A stretch of DNA of 50,338 nt, taken from the IMG/VR virus record IMGVR_UViG_2162886015_000003, positions 1 to 50,338 of that record; one strand, given 5' to 3'. The notes under the pieces were generated by a model. It was not told where the DNA came from and searched no databases. It saw nothing but the letters and a program-made list of their open reading frames with translations. The DNA comes from a virus (lineage: Duplodnaviria > Caudoviricetes). This document shows, piece after piece, positions 7,265 through 15,464 of this stretch; position 1 is the stretch's first letter; each line of letters begins with the position of its first letter. The translations under genes were made by a program, and so were the position numbers.

Positions 7265-9181
7265 CAGAGCCACAGAACTCCCGCTGTTCTGAAACGCATC
7301 CAGGATGATTGTCTGACCGGCAGTCGCGCTGACGATGCCGCTCACCTGGACCGTGTTCGTTGTCTGTGTGGTGTTCGACATCGGCGCCTTTCCTTGCAGA
7401 TTGGTCGCTGATCCGTTCACATAGACGGTGGCCACAAGTTGCCCCGACGCGCCAGCACCGGACATCACCCCCCACGCAAGCTGCGCTGTGACAACGTAAT
7501 AGCCAGTTGCCGGTGCAGTGAACGTGCCGGTCGATGCTGTGAAATTGCTGTTCACATCGAAGCCGGTAGTCCACCCCGTCACCGCCGTATTGGTGCCGCT
7601 CGGGATGCTCTGCGCGCCGGTGTTAGTAGCAAACACTTTGGCGAGCGACGTGGCCTGAAGCGTCGTGAACTTGGCCGGAGCCAGGCCAGATGCCAGCAGG
7701 TTATAGCCGAACGACGTAGTGGCTATCTGGCTATTGTTGGTCGCCGTGGCCGGGACGGTCGCTGTTGGCGTGCCGCCTAGCGCCGTGTTGTTGAACAGCG
7801 CCGTGATGCCTGCACCACTTACCGTCCCACTCGCTGCGAGCGTGGTGAAGGAGCCAGCAGCGGGCGTTCCCGCTCCAATCGCGGGCGGGTTACCTAAAGT
7901 GTCCTGAATGAAAAACGTTGTGGCGATTTTTCCGCTCGAATCACCCCGCGCAGGCGAGGAAGCGACAGTGGAAGCCGTTCCCAATGCCGCGATACCGGAA
8001 CTGCTAATTGTCGTAAAGGACACGGGGCCCGTGAACGTCGCCCCCGTCGAACTCAACGCGCCTACAGTAGTCGTTCCAGATGCAACAGTTAGGCCACCCG
8101 CTATTGCAGCCCCACCCGACGTGACATTCAGCCCCCCCGCCGTACCAATGCCACCGGGGGCAGTGAGAGCACCAGCACCGGTCACATGAAAGCCGTTGGG
8201 GCCATTCAGAAAATTGCCGGTGATGTTGTAAGCGGAAAGATCAATGCCGGTCGCAATGGTGTTGTTGGTCGTGTCCGTGCAGATCACGCAGCCGGCGGTA
8301 TCAAGCGGTGCAAGACCATTCACGTTACTGAGATTGAGCGCCTGATGCCACGCGCCCCCGGCGCTGCTAAAACTTCCTACATGGAACGCCGCATCATTCG
8401 CGAGGATCGAGGCCTGATTTGTGCCATTCTGTACCGCACTCGCTCCGAAACGGATTGCCGTAGTGCACCCATTGCATTGTGCGTTGAACTCCTCGGCCAC
8501 CACGCCATACAGATTCTGCGCACCCGAGTTTGCGATGGCAACCGCATTTGCGCCAAAGAAACTTCCGCGACCGTTTGTTGTGTTGGGCGCTGTACCACCA
8601 TCGCCACTATTGGTAATCATTTCTGCGGCGAATGCACCGTAGCCCGGATTCGTGTTGCTCGGGCTGGAGGGCGCCGTGAAATTGCCAATGACATCCAGGA
8701 TCTGGCGTGCGCCGGTCAGATTGGAACCGCCGAAGTTCGCAGCGAATTGCCACTCGTCAAAAGCGTTGGTCGGGCTCGCGGCAGCTACGTTGTCCGACGC
8801 TACGTAAAAAAGATTCGCGCACGGGTACATGATCAGCGTCGTGGTCGTGCAATTCGCAGACGTCGTGCCTGTCACGGCCTGGCTGACGTTGATGTCCTTG
8901 GTCAGCGACGCGGTCGTAGGCCCGATTGACAGACCAGTGTTGACCTGCAGGTTTGTGGTTGTAGTTGTACCCGAAACAGTCGCCGAGCCGAGTGTCGCGG
9001 ACGTGAATGCCGCGCTCGCACCGGACAATGGCCCAGTAAGCGTACCGCCGCTTAGCGCCAGAACATTCGCAAAGGCATTGTTCAGCGCAGCGGCGGTTAG
9101 AACCTGGCCATCAGTGAACTGCGCCTGCGATGTCGACGCAAAAATCGACAGGAGCGCTGCGATAAATAAACGTTTTATCAT
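7217..9181 (-). CDS. Tail-fibre/adhesin-like protein with N-terminal signal peptide and C-terminal C1q-like domain
   Basis: Gly/Thr/Ala-rich; fibre repeats (GDSSGKIATTFF, TNNSQIATTSF); C-terminal FTASTGTFTAPATGYYVV; signal peptide MIKR...SQA/QF. Confidence 0.7.
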   Translation of the reverse strand: MIKRLFIAALLSIFASTSQAQFTDGQVLTAAALNNAFANVLALSGGTLTGPLSGASAAFTSATLGSATVSGTTTTTNLQVNTGLSIGPTTASLTKDINVSQAVTGTTSANCTTTTLIMYPCANLFYVASDNVAAASPTNAFDEWQFAANFGGSNLTGARQILDVIGNFTAPSSPSNTNPGYGAFAAEMITNSGDGGTAPNTTNGRGSFFGANAVAIANSGAQNLYGVVAEEFNAQCNGCTTAIRFGASAVQNGTNQASILANDAAFHVGSFSSAGGAWHQALNLSNVNGLAPLDTAGCVICTDTTNNTIATGIDLSAYNITGNFLNGPNGFHVTGAGALTAPGGIGTAGGLNVTSGGAAIAGGLTVASGTTTVGALSSTGATFTGPVSFTTISSSGIAALGTASTVASSPARGDSSGKIATTFFIQDTLGNPPAIGAGTPAAGSFTTLAASGTVSGAGITALFNNTALGGTPTATVPATATNNSQIATTSFGYNLLASGLAPAKFTTLQATSLAKVFATNTGAQSIPSGTNTAVTGWTTGFDVNSNFTASTGTFTAPATGYYVVTAQLAWGVMSGAGASGQLVATVYVNGSATNLQGKAPMSNTTQTTNTVQVSGIVSATAGQTIILDAFQNSGSSVALSSGGGSVWMNIYQLP

Positions 9182-9190
9182 GATTTTGAT

Positions 9191-10075
9191 TTATCGAAGT
9201 TCATACCAATTGGACAATGTCGCGGAGCCAGCTGTCGAAGCGACGCTATAGGTCGCTCCCGCAGGAATAAGCGCATTCATGCTTAATGCCTGACTGGAGG
9301 CTGTCGCAATCACGTTTGCAGCCTCGATAGAGCCGTTTATAAACAAACCGACAGAATTACCGGAACTCGCGCTACTACATTGCACATAAACAACGATTGC
9401 CTTGCCTGTGGTATTGGTATATGTGGTGCCAATCGCCCGGCTTGATGTCTCATTTACAAGGGATTGGCCAACCCCAACGACCTGGCTCTGATTGACAGCG
9501 TGGCCACTCTGCGTAGATGGAGGGATCTGCAACGCTCCGCCGGCGCACTCCGTAAGAACACATATCGGATTTCCACCATTCACCCCCGTGATCGTCTCTC
9601 GTTTCAGCGAGGCGATACTGCCCGCCAGCAATTCACCTCCCTGAAGAGGCTGCAGTTCCAGGCCATAAATCGGGATTACCGAAAGTCCATCGGGCGCATA
9701 TGTCGATGCCCCCGTATTCGCATGCGCGATCCTTATCTGTTGTGTAACACCGTCGACCCATGTAGTAACCGTCAGCGGTACAGCGTTGACAGCGGTGTAT
9801 GCATTCGCAGCGCCGGTATCCGCTAAAACTACTTTGCTCAGGGAAAGTGCCCTGATGGCCGTAAGAACCTGGTTGTATGTCGTCTTGCTCGGCACCAAGC
9901 CAGCCGCTTCTACGATGTTGATCAATTCCATCATCAACATGTTCATGAAGTCAGCATCGAGAATCGTCGCCGGCACCCCGCCAGCAGGATTCCCGTTCGT
10001 AAACCAGCCCTGAGTAAGGGGCGCCCCGGGCGTCGGCAATGAGGTTGCGGCGGTAACTTGGTCTGTCTGGAACAT
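9191..10075 (-). CDS. Tail fibre protein (Mu-type N-terminus)
   Basis: GWFTNGNP..G.PAT.L.ADF.NML..EL..IV.AAGL.P.K anchor; follows the gp48-like gene. Confidence 0.85.
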   Translation of the reverse strand: MFQTDQVTAATSLPTPGAPLTQGWFTNGNPAGGVPATILDADFMNMLMMELINIVEAAGLVPSKTTYNQVLTAIRALSLSKVVLADTGAANAYTAVNAVPLTVTTWVDGVTQQIRIAHANTGASTYAPDGLSVIPIYGLELQPLQGGELLAGSIASLKRETITGVNGGNPICVLTECAGGALQIPPSTQSGHAVNQSQVVGVGQSLVNETSSRAIGTTYTNTTGKAIVVYVQCSSASSGNSVGLFINGSIEAANVIATASSQALSMNALIPAGATYSVASTAGSATLSNWYELR

Positions 10076-10097
10076 TTAAACTCCCGAACCACTGCAC

Positions 10098-10122
10098 AAA
10101 AAAAGCCGCCCGAAGGCGGCTT
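10098..10122 (-). terminator. Intrinsic terminator
   Basis: GCCGCC-CGAA-GGCGGC hairpin plus T7. Confidence 0.75.
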
Positions 10123-10140
10123 ATCGTTCTACGTGTTTTG

Positions 10141-10788
10141 TTAATAAAGCGACGATTCCCCAAGGATGAACGTCGATCCCAATACCCCGGTTTGGCCGTA
10201 AGCAATATTCAAAATAGTGTGGGCCGGTGCAATCTCTCTCAATTCGCACTCGAGCACCGCATTACCCCATGACGCCAGAGGCTGCCCCATGTACGACTGG
10301 CCCATGCTGAAATATGTAACCGTTTGCGCTGCGGAGTTTATGCGCCATGTAAATGCCCAGTCCTGCGTTCCTAGCTGGCAGCCCATTGACTGCTGCCCCA
10401 CGCGGAATGGCGTGAACGGCGTGATGGTTACTGCATAGCCAAGCTTCGCCGCGTACGCGATGAAATACGCAGCCGATTGGCCGCCCGACCCCGCAAATCG
10501 CGCGATCACCTGGGCTTGGCGCCCCTGAAGTGTCGGTGCCTCGCCTGCGCATGGATCGGGCAATCCAAGGGTCTGCTCCCACTCCGGAAGCAGTTCGACG
10601 GACGTCGCCGGGAACGCATCAACTAGCAGGTTGTTTGCTCGCGCGGTATTCCGCGCATAGACCTGAACAAGCCCGCTGAGCACCTGCGTTTGCGTTGCGT
10701 CGGCATCCTTCGGCCACACGCGCCCTCTTGGCATGAGCGCCTGCATAGCCGATAGATAATCGGCGGCTGAGTAGTTCGGAGCGCTCAT
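10141..10788 (-). CDS. Baseplate protein, Mu gp48/YmfQ (DUF2313) family
   Basis: LMPRGRVWP, LLPEWEQTLGLPD, GGQS..YF and LEC.L..IAPAHT motifs. Confidence 0.9.
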   Translation of the reverse strand: MSAPNYSAADYLSAMQALMPRGRVWPKDADATQTQVLSGLVQVYARNTARANNLLVDAFPATSVELLPEWEQTLGLPDPCAGEAPTLQGRQAQVIARFAGSGGQSAAYFIAYAAKLGYAVTITPFTPFRVGQQSMGCQLGTQDWAFTWRINSAAQTVTYFSMGQSYMGQPLASWGNAVLECELREIAPAHTILNIAYGQTGVLGSTFILGESSLY

Positions 10789-11927
10789 TACGGATATGTA
10801 ATCGTACCGACGGTCGGCAAACTCCCGAGCGCCGTGGTGATGTTGCTGGCCGGCACCGTGATGACGAAGCCAGTCGTGCCGGCGATCGCGGCGATCGCCG
10901 ATTCAATCAGCGACAGCGCAATCGTTCCGCCCAGTGGCGTCCCGTACTGCACGAAAACGCCAGCGATAGCTGCGGCAATCGCATTCCGTGTCGCAGTCGA
11001 TGAGGACGTGAGCCCGGTGATCGTAAAATTCTGCGGCGCCGCCGTTGGCGCATAGACATAGACCAACGCCGTTACAGGCTGCAGCGGATAAATGTAATTC
11101 GCCACCGCAAGCTGGTCACCGGCGGCTGTAGGCGTCCCGCGCGTCTCGGCTGTCGCTACGCCACTCACACCCTGCGGAAACCCGTTGTGAGTCGATTCTG
11201 TCGAATCCAGCATCACATACACAACCACCGTGCCCGCGCCGAACCCATTCCCATTGCACCACGCGCGCGTGACGCCATTGACGGCCAGCGCCCATTCGAC
11301 GTAATCGTTTGATGCCCCGCCCTGCGGCGTGTTCTGGTAGGCCAGAAGCATCCGCGACATGAGGCTGTCTTCTGTCTCAACGTCGGCGCCGCCGGTGAAT
11401 GCGGCAGTGACGACCCCGTTCGACTGGACATACGGAATAGCCGTGCCGAGCGTCATGACCGTGCCGACGGGGCAATTCCCGAATGCGCCAGTCATGCCCG
11501 TCGGATCTGCGTTCGCGATCGCCGACACAACAACCGTCGTGCCAACCACAACCGCATCTGCCGTCGTGGTATAGCCAACCCCATCGCCGCGCGTGATTGG
11601 CGAGCCGGCCGGGATGTCGCCAGGAACAACACCAGTGAAGGCAATCTGGCCGGGAGTCACAAATCCGGCTTGCACCGCAGGCAACTGAAATACGTTTTTC
11701 AGGGCAGCCCAGCCGCGGAGGAACTCGCCCGAGGAGGTGAACGGAACAGCTTGCAGCGAGATCCAGTCGAGGTAACCGAAGTGAAGATTCGCGAGGTTCG
11801 CCTGTGCGTTTCCGGTGATGTTGAGATTCGAAAATCGAAGCAACGGATCGGAGCCCGGGAGGCCGGCGGCAATATCCTGTGCGACCTGTGTTTTTAGATC
11901 CGATAATTTTGGGCGGCTGTACGGCAT
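10788..11927 (-). CDS. Baseplate J / Mu gp47 family
   Basis: GGADVE, PQGG..DY.EWAL.V.GVTRAW and GAGTVVVY motifs; TAATG coupling to gp46. Confidence 0.93.
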   Translation of the reverse strand: MPYSRPKLSDLKTQVAQDIAAGLPGSDPLLRFSNLNITGNAQANLANLHFGYLDWISLQAVPFTSSGEFLRGWAALKNVFQLPAVQAGFVTPGQIAFTGVVPGDIPAGSPITRGDGVGYTTTADAVVVGTTVVVSAIANADPTGMTGAFGNCPVGTVMTLGTAIPYVQSNGVVTAAFTGGADVETEDSLMSRMLLAYQNTPQGGASNDYVEWALAVNGVTRAWCNGNGFGAGTVVVYVMLDSTESTHNGFPQGVSGVATAETRGTPTAAGDQLAVANYIYPLQPVTALVYVYAPTAAPQNFTITGLTSSSTATRNAIAAAIAGVFVQYGTPLGGTIALSLIESAIAAIAGTTGFVITVPASNITTALGSLPTVGTITYP

Positions 11928-12373
11928 TACTGTTGTCCTTTCCAGGCCCATGCAAATTGAAACGGAGGCACCGTAGTGCCATTCGGTTTATGCGCAATGA
12001 TCTGGATGCCCAGCATCCCGGGCTTCGTCCATTCGACGGTGATGTCGAACTTCGCCACCACGCCGTCAGAGATGAGCCATTGCAGCGCCTCGTCCGCGTA
12101 GGCCTGCGCATCCTTCAAAACCTGATTCGTTTGCTTCGAGCGGTCTAGCAGCCAGAATCGCGAGCCAATCGGGTACGTCTCGCCAAGGTCACCAACCCAC
12201 CCGCGCGGGTCCGTCGTGCCGTCAGGAATCACGTCTCCGGACGTGGCAATGCGATCGGTAAAAAGCGAGATCATCACCGCCGTTTGCAGATCGCTTCCGC
12301 TCTGCAGTTGGACGCCAGCCAATACCCAGTCGCCGCGGGAGTTCTGAACGTCCCAAACCGTCGTCGTGTCCAT
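11927..12373 (-). CDS. Baseplate protein, Mu gp46 family
   Basis: L.TAV.ISLFTDR, RGW.GD, IGSR.WLL.R.K and YA.EALQWL..DGV motifs. Confidence 0.93.
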   Translation of the reverse strand: MDTTTVWDVQNSRGDWVLAGVQLQSGSDLQTAVMISLFTDRIATSGDVIPDGTTDPRGWVGDLGETYPIGSRFWLLDRSKQTNQVLKDAQAYADEALQWLISDGVVAKFDITVEWTKPGMLGIQIIAHKPNGTTVPPFQFAWAWKGQQ

Positions 12374-12385
12374 TCGTGCAGGCGC

Positions 12386-12408
12386 AAAAAAGCCCGCCGA
12401 AGCGGGCT
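12386..12408 (-). terminator. Intrinsic terminator
   Basis: AGCCCGC-CGAA-GCGGGCT hairpin plus T-run. Confidence 0.7.
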
Positions 12409-12427
12409 GAAGTTGAGTGGCGATGCG

Positions 12428-13027
12428 TTACATCGACGTGTCCGGCGTGCCTGTATTTCCGCCTTGCGGATCGCTGTGATAGTGCGGATTGAAGGCTTGC
12501 CGCATGGTCTTCATCGTCGCCGAGTTGGATCCCATGTTGTCTTGGAAGTCCCCCGTTGAAGCCACCGTTGGCGCATCAAACTCGACGCCACCCGGCGCCA
12601 CTACCTTGAACTTCCCGGAGCAATTCACCGTGAAGTTGGTCGCGTTATTGCATACGACAGGCAGGCCGCCGGCATTGATGACTAGCCCGGCATTGCTGAG
12701 ATAGACCTGAATCCCGTTGAGCTGGTAAAGCATCACTTCGCCGGTCGCGAGCGACGTCGGTCGGCTCGGCTGGTGATTCGTACCAATACAGATCGCGTTC
12801 GATCGGTCGCCCGTCACGTGCACCGCGACGGCATCCGTTTTCGCCGGCGGGTTCGATGTGTAGCCGTACTCCATCACGCGCGGGATGTTGTCTTTCGTCT
12901 CGATCTTGCTGTACGAAAGCTGGACGTACTGGATCGACTTCGAATCGTCCACCGTGTTGATCCGGCCGCGCCCAATAGCCATCTGAATCCGCCGCGTGAT
13001 GCGGTCGAACATGGATGCGTCGCTCAT
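12428..13027 (-). CDS. Baseplate spike, Mu gp45 family
   Basis: YGYTSNPP, GDRSN and GEV.LY motifs; C-terminal HYH metal-binding motif. Confidence 0.9.
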   Translation of the reverse strand: MSDASMFDRITRRIQMAIGRGRINTVDDSKSIQYVQLSYSKIETKDNIPRVMEYGYTSNPPAKTDAVAVHVTGDRSNAICIGTNHQPSRPTSLATGEVMLYQLNGIQVYLSNAGLVINAGGLPVVCNNATNFTVNCSGKFKVVAPGGVEFDAPTVASTGDFQDNMGSNSATMKTMRQAFNPHYHSDPQGGNTGTPDTSM

Positions 13028-13033
13028 GGGTGC

Positions 13034-14089
13034 CTACTGGGTTACGTCAGGTGCGATCGGATTCAGGATCACAGGTTGCTGGTCGAAGGCTTGCGGCGGC
13101 ATGATGGTCATCGTCGCGTGTGTGCCCTGCATATTCTTCGTATAGGTGATGTCGGAGATCACCCACGTTTTGCCGTTCAGTTTCAGGCTCGGAATGTCCA
13201 GCGTGACGAGCGTGTTCGGCTCATAGAGCGCCCCGGCGGAATCCCGCCATCCGTCCGTCGTTAGGCGCACAGCGAACGCGCGGCCATAACGACGCGCCTT
13301 TTCCCACTTCGCGCGCTGCGCTGCCACATCCTGACCGCCATAGACGCCCTCGGCGATGATCACCTTAGGGCGATTGCGAGGCACACCGGGATCGGTCTCG
13401 ATCGCGATCAGGTTGCCGCCGTCGCCGACGTCGCGCCACACATCGAGGCCTTGCTGAACTGCAACGTATGTCGAGAATCGGCCATCCATCGCATAGATGC
13501 CCTCGGCCTCTTCGACGTTGATGCCTTCCTGAAACCCGCTTGCGGCAGACTGAATACCGATGCCCGATAGCAGCAAAGAGCCGTCGGTGTCTTCGTACAG
13601 CAACATGGCCCGGAAACGGCACAACCGCTCGAGCACGTCATACGGGGTCTCGCCCATGATGACGTTCAATTGCGGGATCACGTCGCCTTGGTCGGTGCCG
13701 CCCGCAAGGAACACGCTCACGCCCATCTCTGCCGCCATCTGTTTGGCGATGTCCAGCACGTGCATATTCAGGTACTGAAAGCCCGATTTGTAGACCGAGC
13801 AGTCGACCAGATCCTGACACTTGCCGCGGCCCGATACGACGACGGCATGGTCGTTTTTCTTGATGCGTGGCCGGATGCGGTCCACGTACCCGGAAATCAC
13901 AATGTCATAGCCGAGAAAGACCGTGCATTCATCGCCAGGCGAGATCTGCACTTCATTCGCGCCCGGGAAGCGCTCGGTCGCTTCGATTTCGAAGTCACTC
14001 GGACAACGCTCGATTCCACGTGAAACCCGTATGGACTTCCACCCCGAAATCTGCTGACTGCCGATCACAAGCGTCAGATCGTCGCTCAT
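13034..14089 (-). CDS. Baseplate hub, Mu gp44 (P) family
   Basis: GW..IRV.R.IE, GRGKCQDLVDCS and GWRDS.G.LY.PN motifs; ATGA overlap. Confidence 0.9.
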   Translation of the reverse strand: MSDDLTLVIGSQQISGWKSIRVSRGIERCPSDFEIEATERFPGANEVQISPGDECTVFLGYDIVISGYVDRIRPRIKKNDHAVVVSGRGKCQDLVDCSVYKSGFQYLNMHVLDIAKQMAAEMGVSVFLAGGTDQGDVIPQLNVIMGETPYDVLERLCRFRAMLLYEDTDGSLLLSGIGIQSAASGFQEGINVEEAEGIYAMDGRFSTYVAVQQGLDVWRDVGDGGNLIAIETDPGVPRNRPKVIIAEGVYGGQDVAAQRAKWEKARRYGRAFAVRLTTDGWRDSAGALYEPNTLVTLDIPSLKLNGKTWVISDITYTKNMQGTHATMTIMPPQAFDQQPVILNPIAPDVTQ

Positions 14090-14649
14090 GAGGAAAGCAC
14101 CTTGAACGACGGAGGCAAAAATGCCGGATGCGGGCAATTCGCCTCGCTCACGATCTCATCGGAACGGCTCGGGTCGCGATAAAGCTGCTGCGCCAGCACG
14201 GGCGCCGGAATTGCAGCCTTGAGCGCGACCGTCATCGTCGACGGCAGTCCCGCGCCGCGGGTCGCCAGATCCTGAATCACCGCCGCGCGCAGCGCACGCA
14301 ATGCATTAAACGTCGCGTCCTCGCCCTGATCGCCGGCAATTAGAATCTCATTGTCGAGCGCGCCTACCACAAGCATCCGTGCATTGGCCGCGTCATCAGC
14401 CGATGCCGGCTGATATGTCGACGACGCGCGCGCGAGCGCAACCACCGCAGCCCGCCGGAACAGATCCCCGCTTGCTGATTGAATATCCGCCATGGCCGAG
14501 CCCACCGAATACGTCGGAGTCGGCGCACTCGGCGTGAAGTTCGCCAGGTTGATAAGCATCCTCACCGCATCGGCCGGATTCGCGGCGAACGCGAAGACCG
14601 ACGCAGCGAGTGCTTGCGCAGCCGCAGCGAATGCAGTGATTGAGTCCAT
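14086..14649 (-). CDS. DNA circulation protein (Mu gpN-like), C-terminal polypeptide
   Basis: PA.VLAQQLY.D.SR.DE.V..A...HPAFLP motif; TGATG coupling to the N-terminal half. Confidence 0.8.
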   Translation of the reverse strand: MDSITAFAAAAQALAASVFAFAANPADAVRMLINLANFTPSAPTPTYSVGSAMADIQSASGDLFRRAAVVALARASSTYQPASADDAANARMLVVGALDNEILIAGDQGEDATFNALRALRAAVIQDLATRGAGLPSTMTVALKAAIPAPVLAQQLYRDPSRSDEIVSEANCPHPAFLPPSFKVLSS

Positions 14650-15464
14650 CAGAGTCCAAGGAAACTTGCTGCTGAGATAAGAGACGAACCGGCCTGAATA
14701 ACGGTGTTGCGGGCACGTGTTCCGTATGCGGTCAGCGTCTGGACCGTTGCATTGGCCTGCTGCGCCGTGCCGAGCGTCTGCTGCAGGCTCGACAGGGCGG
14801 AAAAGCCAGAGAACCCAACCGTGCGGCCGCCGGCGAACCGCCCATACGAACCAGTCAGGCCCGTGACCATGTGAAAGATACTCGTCGCACCATTCACCAG
14901 TCCGATCGCCTTTCCTGCCCATAGCGTGGCCGTCGACACCGCCTGCTTCACCACCGACGCGCCGAACTGAAGATCCGAAAGCGCACGTGCCGAAAAGTCG
15001 GTTGTGGCCGCGACGTCCGCTGCGTCGGCTGCCGCGCTGACTGCGTCGACCGTCGATGAGACGTTGCTCGGGAAGATCCGCAAGCCGCTTTCGATGAACG
15101 AGAGGCGAATCTCGAACATCAAGCCGTCTTCCTTCCGTTCCGATACCTCGAACGAAAGAAGGCTGACATTCAGGCGCCCGAGCGTCGGATGTACGAGCTC
15201 GCCCTGGTCTTCCGTCTCGCACGCCTCGATCATGCCCTCGCGTTGCGAGATGACGTCGCCGCCACCATAGACAAGATCGTTTTCGAGCAGGAAGCCGCGC
15301 ACGTTTATCCGCCGCGCGGCCCGCCCCAGATCCTCAACCCATACCTCATCGCGATTCGGGTACTCGTGAATCGCCTGCTTGCGACCGAATCGCGCATCTG
15401 CCGCATTCACCCCGAACGGGATTCCCCGCCACGACGCCTGCTGCAAATCGTCCCAGAAGCTCAT
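14649..15464 (-). CDS. DNA circulation protein (Mu gpN-like), N-terminal polypeptide
   Basis: ASWRGIPF, HEYPNRD..WVEDLGR, GELVHPTLG and FIESG motifs. Confidence 0.88.
   Translation of the reverse strand: MSFWDDLQQASWRGIPFGVNAADARFGRKQAIHEYPNRDEVWVEDLGRAARRINVRGFLLENDLVYGGGDVISQREGMIEACETEDQGELVHPTLGRLNVSLLSFEVSERKEDGLMFEIRLSFIESGLRIFPSNVSSTVDAVSAAADAADVAATTDFSARALSDLQFGASVVKQAVSTATLWAGKAIGLVNGATSIFHMVTGLTGSYGRFAGGRTVGFSGFSALSSLQQTLGTAQQANATVQTLTAYGTRARNTVIQAGSSLISAASFLGL

Noticed and set aside
7217-10075. DGR or invertible tail-fibre cassette
   Set aside because: No reverse transcriptase, invertase, template repeat or flanking inverted sites were seen.
14650-15222. Upstream extension of the 378-aa ORF
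   Set aside because: Overlaps the conserved gpN N-terminal frame and has shadow-like composition; the real start is probably 14649.
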